Source: an uncultured bacterium (GTDB lineage Bacteria > Latescibacterota > UBA2968). Taken from it: 35,254 bases of DNA. Below are positions 1 through 10,114 of the stretch, piece by piece. Location: positions 1 through 35,254 of the forward strand of contig CAYYGZ010000013.1 of NCBI GenBank assembly GCA_964471275.1, given 5' to 3'. Position numbers and translations under genes: made by a program. Under the pieces are notes generated by a model. That model saw only the letters and a list, made by a program, of their open reading frames with translations, had not been told where the DNA came from and did no database searches. Within the stretch, counting starts at the first letter, position 1; each line of letters begins with the position of its first letter.

Positions 1-1
1 G

Positions 2-460
2 ACACGAGCCTTCAAAGCGGTACACATCTCCGATCGCACCTGAATTGGCGATCTCCTTCGCTTTGATGAACTGTGCACCAAACCGACGCTGGTGGCAAAA
101 CGTGATCACCACGTCGTTGTCCTGACACACCTGAATGATCGCTTTCGCATCCCCCCAGTTCGTGGCCATCGGTTTCTCGGAGTGGATCGCCTGGATACCG
201 CTGGCTGCTGCTGCCTCGATCATCTCGCGATGCATCCCGGTCCACGTACAGACACTGACAATGTCGAGATCTTCCTTCTCCAGCATCTCGTGGAAGTCTG
301 CATATCCTCGCTCGATCCCGAATGTCTCGCCATATGCGGTTCGTGAATCATCGAACGGATCCGCGCACGCCACAAGTGTCGTATCGGCGCAGAAGGCGTA
401 GCCTCGCGCGTGCGACTTTCCGCGCCCGCCACACCCGATCACTCCAGCTTTCAGCGACAT
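2..460 (-). CDS. Gfo/Idh/MocA family oxidoreductase (N-terminal part; runs off the window edge)
   Basis: Not in the ORF track because it has no stop in the window. Manual translation from ATG 460 gives MSLKAGVIGCGGRGKSHARGY...DLDIVSVCTWTGMH...HSEKPMA...HQRRF, with the Rossmann GxGxxG and EKP motifs. AGGGGG SD lies upstream. Confidence 0.9.
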   Translation of the reverse strand, partial: MSLKAGVIGCGGRGKSHARGYAFCADTTLVACADPFDDSRTAYGETFGIERGYADFHEMLEKEDLDIVSVCTWTGMHREMIEAAAASGIQAIHSEKPMATNWGDAKAIIQVCQDNDVVITFCHQRRFGAQFIKAKEIANSGAIGDVYRFEGSC

Positions 461-520
461 CCATCCCCCTATTCAGTGAATCGATAGAACCAGTCCCGTA
501 TCAGGCAATCTGCCCACGGG

Positions 521-1744
521 TCATGCCTCCGGCATCACGATCTCATCGACATCCCGGATTCCGTAGGCATCCCCCTTCTCTCGGTAGTCGGTGCCCATCC
601 TGCCGTTCCAGTCGTAGACGACCCTCCCATCCTTGACCGTCAGTTCACAGAACAGCCGTCGATCTCCCTCGAGCTTGCCGCCGCTCACATCGCAATACCC
701 GAACTGACCGGTCAATTGATTGAGGACGGCAACATCGGCTATCGCGCCGACGGACAAGTGACCGAGCTCCGGATGTCGAATCACTTCCGCAGCCCCGATC
801 GTCGACAGCCGAATCACATCGGTCAACGGCATACCCATCACAAGAAACTTCGACATCGTCGTTACCATGTCCATCATTTCGTCATTCATACTGCCAGTGT
901 GCAGATCCGTCGAAATCGAGTCCGGATAGAAGCCCTGCTCGATCGCTGGAACGGCGTTCCTGAAGACGAAGCTGCCTCCGCCGTGTCCGACATCAAACAG
1001 GACGCCCTGATCTCGAGCCTTTTGCAGATAGTCCAGGACTCTACCGTCGTTGCCCAGCCAGGGGACGGATGATCGATACATATGAGTACTGATGTCACCT
1101 TTGGATAGCTTCTGAGTCACCAGTTCGTGGTAGGGGCGTTCCTTCCGGAAATAGCCGAAATCGATCATCGACGGTAGACCGCACAGGGCGGCCGCCTCGA
1201 GTGTGCGATCGATCGATACCCATTCCGGTCCCCAGAAGTGAGCAGTCTTGACCCCGACGATAACATCCTCGTGTTCACGCGCCACGGCCGCCGTCTGCTC
1301 GACATCCATATCGTCGACATTCTGCTCGACGACATTCGTGTTCATCCCCAGACCGACAATGTTGACCAGGGCGAGCATCCGCGTCTGGAACCGGTCCAGG
1401 ACACGGAACCGAAAGTCCTCGAACGTTCGCGAACCTGCGCTTCCCGTGTCGACCATCGTCGTCACACCGACACGGAAGCTGAAACCATCCGGCAGAATGC
1501 TGTTGTCGCCCGCCCACGCATTCCTATGTCCTGGGGTCGCATACATATGTGTGTGGATATCCACCAGCCCGGGGCACACGATCATCCCGGTGACATCGAC
1601 AACCCGTCGAGCCTTTTCGTCAGGGATCCTACGATCCACAGCAGCGACCTTCCCGCCGCTGATCGCAACATCCATCTGCCTGTCAATCCCGTTCTTCGGA
1701 TCGATCAGGTGTCCGCCCTTCACCAGAAGATCGTATGTCATCAT
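521..1744 (-). CDS. Amidohydrolase-superfamily metallohydrolase (dihydroorotase-like/deacetylase type)
   Basis: Motifs PGLVDIHTH (HxH), GVTTMVDTGSAG, GVK (carboxy-Lys position), FDVGHGGGSF and SISTDLH. Confidence 0.88.
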   Translation of the reverse strand: MMTYDLLVKGGHLIDPKNGIDRQMDVAISGGKVAAVDRRIPDEKARRVVDVTGMIVCPGLVDIHTHMYATPGHRNAWAGDNSILPDGFSFRVGVTTMVDTGSAGSRTFEDFRFRVLDRFQTRMLALVNIVGLGMNTNVVEQNVDDMDVEQTAAVAREHEDVIVGVKTAHFWGPEWVSIDRTLEAAALCGLPSMIDFGYFRKERPYHELVTQKLSKGDISTHMYRSSVPWLGNDGRVLDYLQKARDQGVLFDVGHGGGSFVFRNAVPAIEQGFYPDSISTDLHTGSMNDEMMDMVTTMSKFLVMGMPLTDVIRLSTIGAAEVIRHPELGHLSVGAIADVAVLNQLTGQFGYCDVSGGKLEGDRRLFCELTVKDGRVVYDWNGRMGTDYREKGDAYGIRDVDEIVMPEA

Positions 1745-1958
1745 CTACCCTCTTCGCGAGCTTGTGCGTCAGACTGCCAGTTTCTCCTTCTCCGTGATGC
1801 CAGGGCCGTCGTACACACAACTGGGCCCGGTTATTTCATGAACCAACCGGACCCCTGTGATGTCAACATCGAACTCTCTTGCAACTCAGATCGCCCGCGC
1901 TACGGTCCAGGCAATCGGTTCCATCCTCCGTGTTCTCTGCGCTAAAACTCTTCCACCG

Positions 1959-3041
1959 TCAAGCTACGATGTCCAGGATCCGTTCGACAAATCCGTCATA
2001 CGCATCCCCATCGATCCATCTCGAAACCACCACAAGGTCCAACTCGGGCGCCGCCCAGACCCTGTTTGTCCCCGCTCCACCGTGAAAGAAGTGCGACTCC
2101 GGCGCACTCGGCATCAACGCGCGATCTGTGTTGAGAAACCAGTTCATGAACCCGTAGGTCGGGCAGAACTCGGTCGGTGTCTTCGCAAGCTGGATCCAGT
2201 CGCGCGACAGGAGCTGTCGACCTGCCCACTCTCCATTCCGCAGGCAGAGCACACCAAATCGTGCCAGATCGTACGCATTGATCCACATGCCGCCTCCCCA
2301 GTGCCCACCCCCGCTCACCGATTGAACTCGACGACCATCGATATCGATCCACGAGTTTACGTATCCGTGCCAGTGCCACGAGTCAGACGCGCCAATGGGA
2401 TCCATGATTTCCGACTTGAGCATCTCCGGCAGCGGCCGCTTCAGCGCACGCAATAGCGATAGAGCAAGACGGTTTACTCTCGTGTCGTTGTATTCATAGC
2501 GCGTCCCGGGCACTACCGGCTCCAGCACCAAATCGTCCGGATTTGCCGCAGAGTGATGCTTATCGAACAAGGTGCCGTCCCATTCACTGATCTGCCTCAG
2601 GGAATGGTTCCAGGTGATTTTTGCATTGTGTTCGGAATCGTATCCGCCATCGTGAACGGTCTTGCCAACCGGCTCATCCAGATCGGTCAGGATGCCCTGA
2701 TCCCACGCTAGACCTGCGACGGTCGACAGGAAGCTCTTCGAGACACTGAAGGTCATGTCCACACGCTGCGGTTCACCCCACTCTGCGATGAGATACCCGT
2801 TCCTTACGACAACACCGGTCGCCGGGCCCCGGAATTGTGTGGGCCCCAACAGAACGCCGTTGTCGTGCTGCTTCGTGTTCTGCTCAACCAGGTATGTACC
2901 CAGATCGGAAGGACTACCTTCGTGGTCGGGATCCTCCGCATACGCGATCGCGTCGCCCAGTTTCGAAGGATCGAATCCGGACGCTCCGGGGGTCTGGCGT
3001 TCCCAAAGCCCGCCTGGTTCTGGGTAGTAGGATTCGCTCAC
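1959..3041 (-). CDS. Serine hydrolase, beta-lactamase class C/AmpC-like family
   Basis: SxxK motif (FSVSKS), YxN motif (YEYND), GGGMWINAYDLARFG, LLSRDWI. Confidence 0.88.
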   Translation of the reverse strand: MSESYYPEPGGLWERQTPGASGFDPSKLGDAIAYAEDPDHEGSPSDLGTYLVEQNTKQHDNGVLLGPTQFRGPATGVVVRNGYLIAEWGEPQRVDMTFSVSKSFLSTVAGLAWDQGILTDLDEPVGKTVHDGGYDSEHNAKITWNHSLRQISEWDGTLFDKHHSAANPDDLVLEPVVPGTRYEYNDTRVNRLALSLLRALKRPLPEMLKSEIMDPIGASDSWHWHGYVNSWIDIDGRRVQSVSGGGHWGGGMWINAYDLARFGVLCLRNGEWAGRQLLSRDWIQLAKTPTEFCPTYGFMNWFLNTDRALMPSAPESHFFHGGAGTNRVWAAPELDLVVVSRWIDGDAYDGFVERILDIVA

Positions 3042-3056
3042 GATCTGTACCTCTGG

Positions 3057-3302
3057 CTATGGTGCGATGATCAGCAGGGCGAGTAAGGGAGTCAGATTGA
3101 ACAGAATGATCAGGAATTTGAAGACCATAACGCCCTGATAGTGGATCGCATCGAAACGGTCTCTTGAAATATCGAACCAGCGAGTGTGGACCCTGTAGAT
3201 AAAGCTGCCGGCCACAAGGAGCATCAGCCACCACACCAGCAGAAACACGCTGTTCAGAACCGTACACCAAAGCAGAAAATCTTGCAGATGAGATACCGCC
3301 AT
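3057..3302 (-). CDS. Small membrane protein, DUF6868-like
   Basis: ATG 3302 preceded by GGAGG. 81 aa with FLLWCTVLN...IYRVHTRWFDISRDRFDAIHY...KFLIILFNLTP, the pattern I recall for this family, and two hydrophobic segments. Confidence 0.75.
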   Translation of the reverse strand: MAVSHLQDFLLWCTVLNSVFLLVWWLMLLVAGSFIYRVHTRWFDISRDRFDAIHYQGVMVFKFLIILFNLTPLLALLIIAP

Positions 3303-3374
3303 TGAGTCCTCCTGTCTATCACCGGATCGTAAGGGCCAGAAGCCATCCACTGTACAATACCGCATCACACCGCA

Positions 3375-4280
3375 TCAGTGCGTCAGCTCCTTGAGTCTGG
3401 CATAGACAACTGGATCATCCGCGGCCCCTTCGAACACGAACGGCTCATATTGGTTCACATCGCTGCGCATCAGCCCCCAGGAGCAGCCGTTCTCGACGCA
3501 CAGCGATGCCGCATCAGCTCCACGCTTCCCGACCTTGGTGTCTTCATTGCAGAGCACAGGCTTCTCGAAACGTCTCATCGCATCGATTCGATCCGGCACG
3601 CCAGACATATCCGTGTTGTTGAAATGAATGATGATGAAGTCACCGGCTTCGGCAACAGCATCCGCCGCTCGGCCGCTTCCCATTCCGCTCGTCGTCACGA
3701 TCAGCTCCGGATGTGTCTCCTTCGCGATCCCGATCAACTCGACCTGACCTTCCGGTCGTCTGATAATCTCGTGTGTGAAACCGCGATGCGCGTGCTCGTT
3801 TGCGATCTCGATGAGAACGTTTGCCACACCCAGATCGCCAACCCAACTGGCAGTGTTGGCCACAGCGGACCGAACCGCATCGGCATCCGCCAACATCTGG
3901 TCCTGCCGTTGGTAGAAACAGCCGAGAATAACGCCGACGCCCTGCGTATCGCACGCCCGAATCACCCGCTCGACTCTTGAAAAATACTCGGGTCGCAGGA
4001 TCCCATCTGATTCGTACGCCGAATTCAACGCCCCTTCATACCCGGACATACCTCCCTGCAAGTTCAGGGTAAATGCACGAATGCCGTGATCGTAGTAATC
4101 GACGACTGCTGAGAGAAAGTGGTCCGTATTGGCATCTGGATCGAAATCACTACGATTCCGGTCCTCGAACGTGCTGTTCACCATCCGGACATTCATCAGC
4201 AGACCTTCAGCAAGTGTGTCCGGATAGGTCGCCCTGCCGTTGAGTGTCCAATGAGTTCCTTCGATGCCTACGGTGGTCAT
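3375..4280 (-). CDS. Putative glycoside hydrolase-like TIM barrel (clan GH-A-like), uncharacterised
   Basis: Start probably MTTVGIEG (4280; ORF open to 4331). EIANEH and VLCNED resemble the acid/base and nucleophile glutamates of clan-A barrels. Confidence 0.55.
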   Translation of the reverse strand: MTTVGIEGTHWTLNGRATYPDTLAEGLLMNVRMVNSTFEDRNRSDFDPDANTDHFLSAVVDYYDHGIRAFTLNLQGGMSGYEGALNSAYESDGILRPEYFSRVERVIRACDTQGVGVILGCFYQRQDQMLADADAVRSAVANTASWVGDLGVANVLIEIANEHAHRGFTHEIIRRPEGQVELIGIAKETHPELIVTTSGMGSGRAADAVAEAGDFIIIHFNNTDMSGVPDRIDAMRRFEKPVLCNEDTKVGKRGADAASLCVENGCSWGLMRSDVNQYEPFVFEGAADDPVVYARLKELTH

Positions 4281-4336
4281 ATCGGCCTGCTTGAGCCTGG
4301 GATCCGGAATGCGACGCAGCTTGCGCCTCATTCCTG

Positions 4337-5539
4337 CTATCTGTCGAAGAGGCGATCGAGCAGCGTTCGCTCTACACGGTGCACTCTCGCAATACGCTTC
4401 TGTGTCTCCGTGATATACAGGTCTTCACCTTCTTCCACAAAGTCCGGGTAGCTGATTCCCGTATGGTGTTCCTCCGAGTACAACACCACCTCGGGATTCC
4501 CCCATCGGATCGCCCTGCCGTCCGGTCCATCCTCCTCGATGCCGCCGATCAACCACGCGGGATTCCTGCTGCCTGCAAACTCACCGTGGTTATACCACGT
4601 CGCCTTGTTATTATGGAACCAGTAGATGAATCGTCCCCGATGACGCCCCTCATCGAGTCTGCGGACGAAATTCGCAGCTCTTGGATGACTCACCAGTCGG
4701 TCTCCCGAACCGTATGTCATAAAGGCTGCCGACGTCCACGTGTGTCCCCCATCGCGAGAGTAGGCGTGGCACGGATGCCCGGCAATCGTTCGGTAGGTAC
4801 AGAACAGCGATCCATCACTGAGTGCGGTAAGGTTTGCCTCATCGGCAACGGGGCCTTCCGGCGAGCGTAACCCCCGGTCACCATCAGGCAGCGTCTCCCA
4901 GGTGATCTTCGCCGCATCCATCTCCGTCAGAATGTTGGGCGACCGCATAAAGCATCCTTCGGACTCCGCCATAAACCCGTGACCGAACCGGCCGATCTTC
5001 GCGAACCCGAAATAGGCGGCGCCATCGTGCGCCATCGGCTTCCCCACCCCCCAGAAGAACCGCATCCTGCCGCCATACGGGTTCCCGCGATCGATATCCA
5101 TCTCGCGAACGGGTATTGTGAATCGATCTGACCAGCTCGACCCGCCGTCGTCCGAGTACTTGAATGCGTAGTCCCCCAACGTGTCGACCCGGTTGGTCTT
5201 CCCGGATGGGTAGGTGTCCTCATCAGCGATCACCTCGCGCAGGTTCTCCCCATTATAAGTGTAGAACGCGTAGACTCGACCGCTCGGTGTGATCAACGGC
5301 ATCACCCAAGAAGCTTCAGGGCCGTCCGCTGGCTCGATGTCCACCAGATCCGACCAGGACACACCACGGTCGCTCGATCGCGTAGCCACGATGTGTTGAC
5401 CTGAATCGCCTTCTCGCCCGGTCCCCGTCGTCATGAGACAGAGCCAGTCGCCATCCTTCAATTTCGCCACGTAGGGCTGATCGCAATATCCCTCGGACGG
5501 GATCTCGCTGCCGCCTTCGATGTTACGTGCGTCCATCAT
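4337..5539 (-). CDS. Sialidase-like BNR/Asp-box beta-propeller protein
   Basis: Three Asp boxes (SSDRGVSW, SDDGGSSW, SRDGGHTW), SRNP and C-terminal ISYPD. 4-nt overlap with the upstream gene. Confidence 0.8.
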   Translation of the reverse strand: MMDARNIEGGSEIPSEGYCDQPYVAKLKDGDWLCLMTTGTGREGDSGQHIVATRSSDRGVSWSDLVDIEPADGPEASWVMPLITPSGRVYAFYTYNGENLREVIADEDTYPSGKTNRVDTLGDYAFKYSDDGGSSWSDRFTIPVREMDIDRGNPYGGRMRFFWGVGKPMAHDGAAYFGFAKIGRFGHGFMAESEGCFMRSPNILTEMDAAKITWETLPDGDRGLRSPEGPVADEANLTALSDGSLFCTYRTIAGHPCHAYSRDGGHTWTSAAFMTYGSGDRLVSHPRAANFVRRLDEGRHRGRFIYWFHNNKATWYNHGEFAGSRNPAWLIGGIEEDGPDGRAIRWGNPEVVLYSEEHHTGISYPDFVEEGEDLYITETQKRIARVHRVERTLLDRLFDR

Positions 5540-6795
5540 CCTGCCTCCACATAGACATCTGTCTTCAGTTCATTGGAGTTGTTCCCGAATCCCCCGGCAT
5601 TCTGGCCACAGGTATACAGCAGTACGGAGTCTTCGAATGCCGATCCGGATTGGTGATGTGAGAAGGCCGGCAGCCACCTAGCTACTTCCGGGTTCTTCTC
5701 GCCGATCTTGACCTTGCCTACGCATCCATCCTGAACTGTGACCCGACCCAAATAGGTGCCAGCGGGTCCCCAGACACACCGATCTGTAGGCTCCACCATC
5801 AGGGCAGCTTCGATCCTGCCGTCGGCTCCAGCGACAAGCGATGACTGGGGGTGAACACGATGCCCTGTATCACCGGTCACGGTCGTGGTCAGGGGACAAA
5901 CCGACCACTCTCGTTGTGTAAGAGACCAGAGATCGGCGCTTCCATCGCGGTTGTTGTGGAACACGACGTGCAGGTCCCCCTTCGAGTCGATCACGGGGTT
6001 GCTGAGATTCATCTGATTGTAGTTGTAGTTCTCCGGGCCCGGAGCTTCGTATCGCTTGATCTCATCGTGTGTTTGGATTCTGTTCGAGGAGCCGGGCGCA
6101 TCGAGCAACGGAATATCACCGGCTTGTATGGGAACGCCTCCCAGACCCCCGCCCACAGAACTAGTCCAGCTTCTGCCGCCATCGGCCGACTGGATGTGCG
6201 ATGCGCTGTAGAGCAGATCGCCACGCTCCAGCAGTCGTGTATTCCCGATGACAAGATGAATAACATCATCCGGCCCCACGACGGCGCCATTCGTCCAATA
6301 GACGTAGCCGGGCTTGTCAGCCTCGACCAGGTGAATCGGCTCGGACCACGTACCGCCTTCGTGACAGACGTAGTTCAGATACCATCGATCCTCGCTGGAG
6401 CAGCGATAGAATGCGTGAATGGCACCTCTGGAATCCGAGATTGCGCACGGATACGTTGCCCGCTGGCCGGCAATGCCAACCTGGGCCCACTCACCTGCTT
6501 TCTGATCGAAGGTGTGATGCTCGAGCGGTCCGTGATGCCCACCGATCAGCGCGTGTATCGTTCCCTGAGCGCGAACAAGCGCCGCCCCCCAATGATTATC
6601 TATTCCTGGACGGCCGATCGTTCCTGAACGGCCGATCGCCAGAGGGTCGCGGTTCACCAATGCCCATCGATTCTGTCTCCCGCTGTCCAGCCAGGTACAG
6701 AGATAGCCTTCGGGTAGCGACACGATCTTGTTGTTCATCGTGTAGCCGGTCGCGCGATCACCACCTTCTCGCGTCAACAATAGACTCTCGCTCAC
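5536..6795 (-). CDS. BNR_4-type beta-propeller protein (possible lyase/glycosidase)
   Basis: DNHWGAAL...GGHHGP, ATYP, FYR and Asp box SADGGRSW, typical of BNR_4 repeat proteins. GTG start with GAGGAG upstream. Confidence 0.65.
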   Translation of the reverse strand: MSESLLLTREGGDRATGYTMNNKIVSLPEGYLCTWLDSGRQNRWALVNRDPLAIGRSGTIGRPGIDNHWGAALVRAQGTIHALIGGHHGPLEHHTFDQKAGEWAQVGIAGQRATYPCAISDSRGAIHAFYRCSSEDRWYLNYVCHEGGTWSEPIHLVEADKPGYVYWTNGAVVGPDDVIHLVIGNTRLLERGDLLYSASHIQSADGGRSWTSSVGGGLGGVPIQAGDIPLLDAPGSSNRIQTHDEIKRYEAPGPENYNYNQMNLSNPVIDSKGDLHVVFHNNRDGSADLWSLTQREWSVCPLTTTVTGDTGHRVHPQSSLVAGADGRIEAALMVEPTDRCVWGPAGTYLGRVTVQDGCVGKVKIGEKNPEVARWLPAFSHHQSGSAFEDSVLLYTCGQNAGGFGNNSNELKTDVYVEAG

Positions 6796-7134
6796 AGCTT
6801 CGTCCGCTCCTCACTTGTTCTCGCGTGTACGTCTGCGTTGATACGTCCTTCGGAGCACCTCATCCTACTTTCTGCAGGTTGCATCTTCAAGCAACCCATC
6901 CCGTGTCGGGGGGAGTAGGATAGCACGCTTGATTCTGGTGCGAGAAGATGCAGTCCCGGAACAGGGCAGCAATGATCGTCGAGTGCAAGGTCACCGAAAA
7001 CCTGGGCGATGTCAGGGCACGACCCGTATGGTGAGACGACACAGGCATTTCCCCTACTGACCCGGATACACACCGACACTCTCCCCTACTCCCTGCGCCC
7101 CTGCGCCTGCTCCTCGCCGCCCCTGCCTTACCGG

Positions 7135-9087
7135 CTACCACCCGTGAACCCAATGCCCCCCATCAGGAAAGAACACCGCATCAATGATGCTGTCCGCACC
7201 CACGCCGAACAGGTAGCCCGTTACCATTCCAAAAGCAAACGACATCGCGCGGCGGTATCCGAGAACACCCCAGAAGCGAATGATCGCTGCCTTTGCGAGC
7301 CAGGTCAGAAAGATCGAGAATCCGTAGTAGTTGGTCGGAAACGCAAACGCCGCCGGGTGAATGGGCCACCACGCAAAGCGCCAGCGGAGGTAGACCAGCA
7401 CACCACCCAATCCGAGGCCCCAGAACCACGCCCAGACCTTTATATAGTCGAAATAGGTAATCCGCTCTTCGGCAATCAGGGGAACGCGCCTGATCAGGTG
7501 GCTGACGTCAAGGGCGGCGAACCGACCATTCAGCCCCCCCTCATCGTAGCAGACGTAAATGTAGATCCAGGATGTCAGGAAGAACCCGATGACATAGGCA
7601 ATTGGCACGACCGACGAGACGAGACCGCTGCGACGGAATCCGGATCCGATCATCCTGAAGAAGTGTGGGATCGCCGGAATTGCGGACAATCTGCGAGCCT
7701 GTCCGAGGAATGTGTGTCGGTTTATCAACGTCAGCATAGCCGTCGAGGACGGCGACAGGCTCTTTGTGCCGAGAAGGGAAAGAATGATGTCCCCGCCCTT
7801 CCGTCCAGGCGAATTGATGAACGTGAACCCGGTCTGCGCCGCATATTTGGAGACGCCAAAGAACGCCACGAACATCAGGACTGTTTGAATCATCGCGGCA
7901 GGAAAGGTGAGGCCGGAGGACAGACACCAACCGACGAAGATCGCACCGGATAGGCCGAAACCCACCCACGCGGTCCGGTAGCTGACCGGCACTCCGTCGT
8001 CGTTGATGCCGGAGATCGCTTTTCGGATCGTGTCACGAATGTGGAACCGTGCGATCCAGATCGACCAGCCGACGAGCAGAACCAGGACACCGTGGGCTTC
8101 CAGCATCGTCAGTTCCTTGCCGCTGGCTGTCTGACCACGCAGCCCCAGGGAGAAACCGAATCGATTCATCAACCCTTCGCGGTAGATGTCGAAGATGTGG
8201 TAGGTCCAGAAGCTGAACAGAATGTCGAGTGGACACAGAAATGACAATCCCATGATCATCGGCTGTATCCGGAAGTAGTAGGGTCGACAGTATTTGCCCA
8301 GGTCCAGCGCCTTCGACCGTGCCCCGCCAAAAAGGGTGATACTCGGATAGTCATCCCACCAGTAACCGATGAAATTCCAGACATACACCCCGGCCACGCA
8401 CGCGAATCCGAGCCAGAACATCCGATCGGTGAGGATCGTGGGTAGACGACTCCCTTCTTTCTCATCCAGAAGCGCCACCGGATACGCTGACATCGGAAAG
8501 ACGAGGCGCTCATTCTGGTCCCATTGTCGGAACAGGATGATTGAAGCGAAGTAGGCCGCCAGGATCACGGGGAGCGATCCAACCAACCACCAGATTTGCG
8601 GTCGGAGCCAGGTCAGCCAGGGAATGGACGCGTTGGGCTCAAGTCCCGCCAATGCTTGGTGGATGGCGGGTTGGGTTGCGTCGAGGAACAGCCACTTCGG
8701 CAAGACGGGAATGACAAGATCGCCAAGCCTGTTCTCGGGTGAAGCGAGGAAAGACACACCCATTGTGGTGCTGACGTTGTATTGCGCCCAGCCGATCGCC
8801 GGGAGGTTGCCGATGATCCACATCATCGACAGGATGGTCAACAGTTCCGCGCGTGATAGGGCCCAGCGGGGCGCGACGGCTTTCAACCCGAGATTGACGA
8901 TCACCCAGATCAGGAACGGAACCATGATCGCAACGGGCAGATAGCTCTTGATCAGCGCCCCGCCAAAGTGGGTGATATACAGAGACATGCCGGCGATCGA
9001 CAGTACACCTAGAACCACACCCCTGACCGTAAGCCGGGGGTCCCGATCAGGTTGCGTTTCGGATTTGTCCGAGCGAACGATCGCCAT
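7135..9087 (-). CDS. Polytopic membrane protein, DUF6785/DUF6784-like (putative transporter)
   Basis: 650 aa with many hydrophobic helices. Motifs LTVRGVVLG, LSRAELL, RQWDQNERLVFP, PLDILFSFW, RFAWWPIHP and GVLGYRRAMSFAFGMVTG. Confidence 0.78.
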   Translation of the reverse strand: MAIVRSDKSETQPDRDPRLTVRGVVLGVLSIAGMSLYITHFGGALIKSYLPVAIMVPFLIWVIVNLGLKAVAPRWALSRAELLTILSMMWIIGNLPAIGWAQYNVSTTMGVSFLASPENRLGDLVIPVLPKWLFLDATQPAIHQALAGLEPNASIPWLTWLRPQIWWLVGSLPVILAAYFASIILFRQWDQNERLVFPMSAYPVALLDEKEGSRLPTILTDRMFWLGFACVAGVYVWNFIGYWWDDYPSITLFGGARSKALDLGKYCRPYYFRIQPMIMGLSFLCPLDILFSFWTYHIFDIYREGLMNRFGFSLGLRGQTASGKELTMLEAHGVLVLLVGWSIWIARFHIRDTIRKAISGINDDGVPVSYRTAWVGFGLSGAIFVGWCLSSGLTFPAAMIQTVLMFVAFFGVSKYAAQTGFTFINSPGRKGGDIILSLLGTKSLSPSSTAMLTLINRHTFLGQARRLSAIPAIPHFFRMIGSGFRRSGLVSSVVPIAYVIGFFLTSWIYIYVCYDEGGLNGRFAALDVSHLIRRVPLIAEERITYFDYIKVWAWFWGLGLGGVLVYLRWRFAWWPIHPAAFAFPTNYYGFSIFLTWLAKAAIIRFWGVLGYRRAMSFAFGMVTGYLFGVGADSIIDAVFFPDGGHWVHGW

Positions 9088-9111
9088 CAGAAGGGGTTCC
9101 GATCCACAGGA

Positions 9112-10053
9112 TCAGACACGCGAACCGAGCTTCTCGGCCAGCCAATCGAGGGCAAGCTCACGTGTATCGGGTGTCAGACCGTGGCCTTCGCCGTGGAACA
9201 CCAGCTTGAAATCTTCCGCAGTGTTCGCCTCCTCCCACGCGTGTTTTGACTTGTCATACAACTCCTGCGTCGCCTCAACCGGATCCTGCGGTTCGGCGGT
9301 GCCGTTAATCATGAGAAACGGTCTGGGAGCGATCAGCCGGAACAAGTCGTAGGTCTCGAGGCCATGCTTGATCACATTCGGCAGATGGTTCATGTAGCAG
9401 TGGCGGATCGGCGGCGCGTACAACGCCTTGTAGGTGTAGAAACTCGATACGCCAACCAGTGCCCGGATCCGATCCTCGACCATCGCCGACAGCCAGCTGT
9501 GTCCGGAACCCATCGACACGCCCATCGCCCCGATCTGGTTCCCGTCGACACCGTCAAGGCTCTGCAGCACATCACACTGTCGCATCGCGTCCCACACATA
9601 CTGACCCGCCATACATCGCCCCTCGGCCATCAACCGCATAGCGACCACGCGCTCATACATCACACCATCGGGTGTGCCGCCGGGATTCTGGCGATCCCCC
9701 CAGCAGATGGCATCCCCGCAAAGCACAACAAAACCGCGTTTCGCTAATTCCGGTCCCAGCGGAACACGGCCCTCTCCTCGATCCACGACACCGGCCGTGT
9801 CCTTCTTGCCCAGCTCCCACGGACCGTGGCCATGGAAGAGCAGCATCGCCGGGCAATCCCCGATCGCCGCTTCCGGCCGCAGCAGGTAGCCGTGCACACG
9901 TTCTTCTTTGTCATTGTCCCAGGCGATCAGCGTGCGCGTATGCCCTTCACAAACCTCTTCACCGAGCAGTTCGATGTTTAGAGGAACGCGACTGGGAAAC
10001 GGTCCCAGAATGCTCCGATACAGCCTGTCAATCTCATTCAGTTCCACGGTCAT
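9112..10053 (-). CDS. Alpha/beta hydrolase (dienelactone hydrolase/acetylxylan-esterase-like)
   Basis: Start MTVELNE after GGAGGAG. HGHG, nucleophile elbow GVSMG, LIAPRPFL, candidate triad Asp (PQDP) and His (EGHG). Confidence 0.85.
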   Translation of the reverse strand: MTVELNEIDRLYRSILGPFPSRVPLNIELLGEEVCEGHTRTLIAWDNDKEERVHGYLLRPEAAIGDCPAMLLFHGHGPWELGKKDTAGVVDRGEGRVPLGPELAKRGFVVLCGDAICWGDRQNPGGTPDGVMYERVVAMRLMAEGRCMAGQYVWDAMRQCDVLQSLDGVDGNQIGAMGVSMGSGHSWLSAMVEDRIRALVGVSSFYTYKALYAPPIRHCYMNHLPNVIKHGLETYDLFRLIAPRPFLMINGTAEPQDPVEATQELYDKSKHAWEEANTAEDFKLVFHGEGHGLTPDTRELALDWLAEKLGSRV

Positions 10054-10114
10054 CTCCTCCCGCCAGGTGGCTGCGTGTGAGTCCACCCGACCGTTGCCCA
10101 AGATCCCTGATCCC

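Noticed and set aside
1838..1870. TTGACA within the near-palindrome GATGTTGACATC as a sigma70 promoter for the amidohydrolase
   Set aside because: No acceptable -10 hexamer at 16-18 nt spacing.
1769..1924. Minus-strand 51-codon frame with in-frame TGA (MEPIAWTVARAI*VAREF...), a possible selenoprotein
   Set aside because: GGAGG abuts the ATG with no spacing and belongs to a 9-mer repeat. There is no redox motif, no convincing SECIS and no recognisable family.
1959..3041. Antibiotic-resistance beta-lactamase
   Set aside because: No signal peptide, and the context is catabolic. A generic serine esterase/amidase of the same fold is more likely.
6972..7034. MIVECKVTENLGDV resembles the IVExK motif of GxxExxY nucleases
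   Set aside because: Only about 14 residues and the flanks do not match, so it cannot be distinguished from chance.
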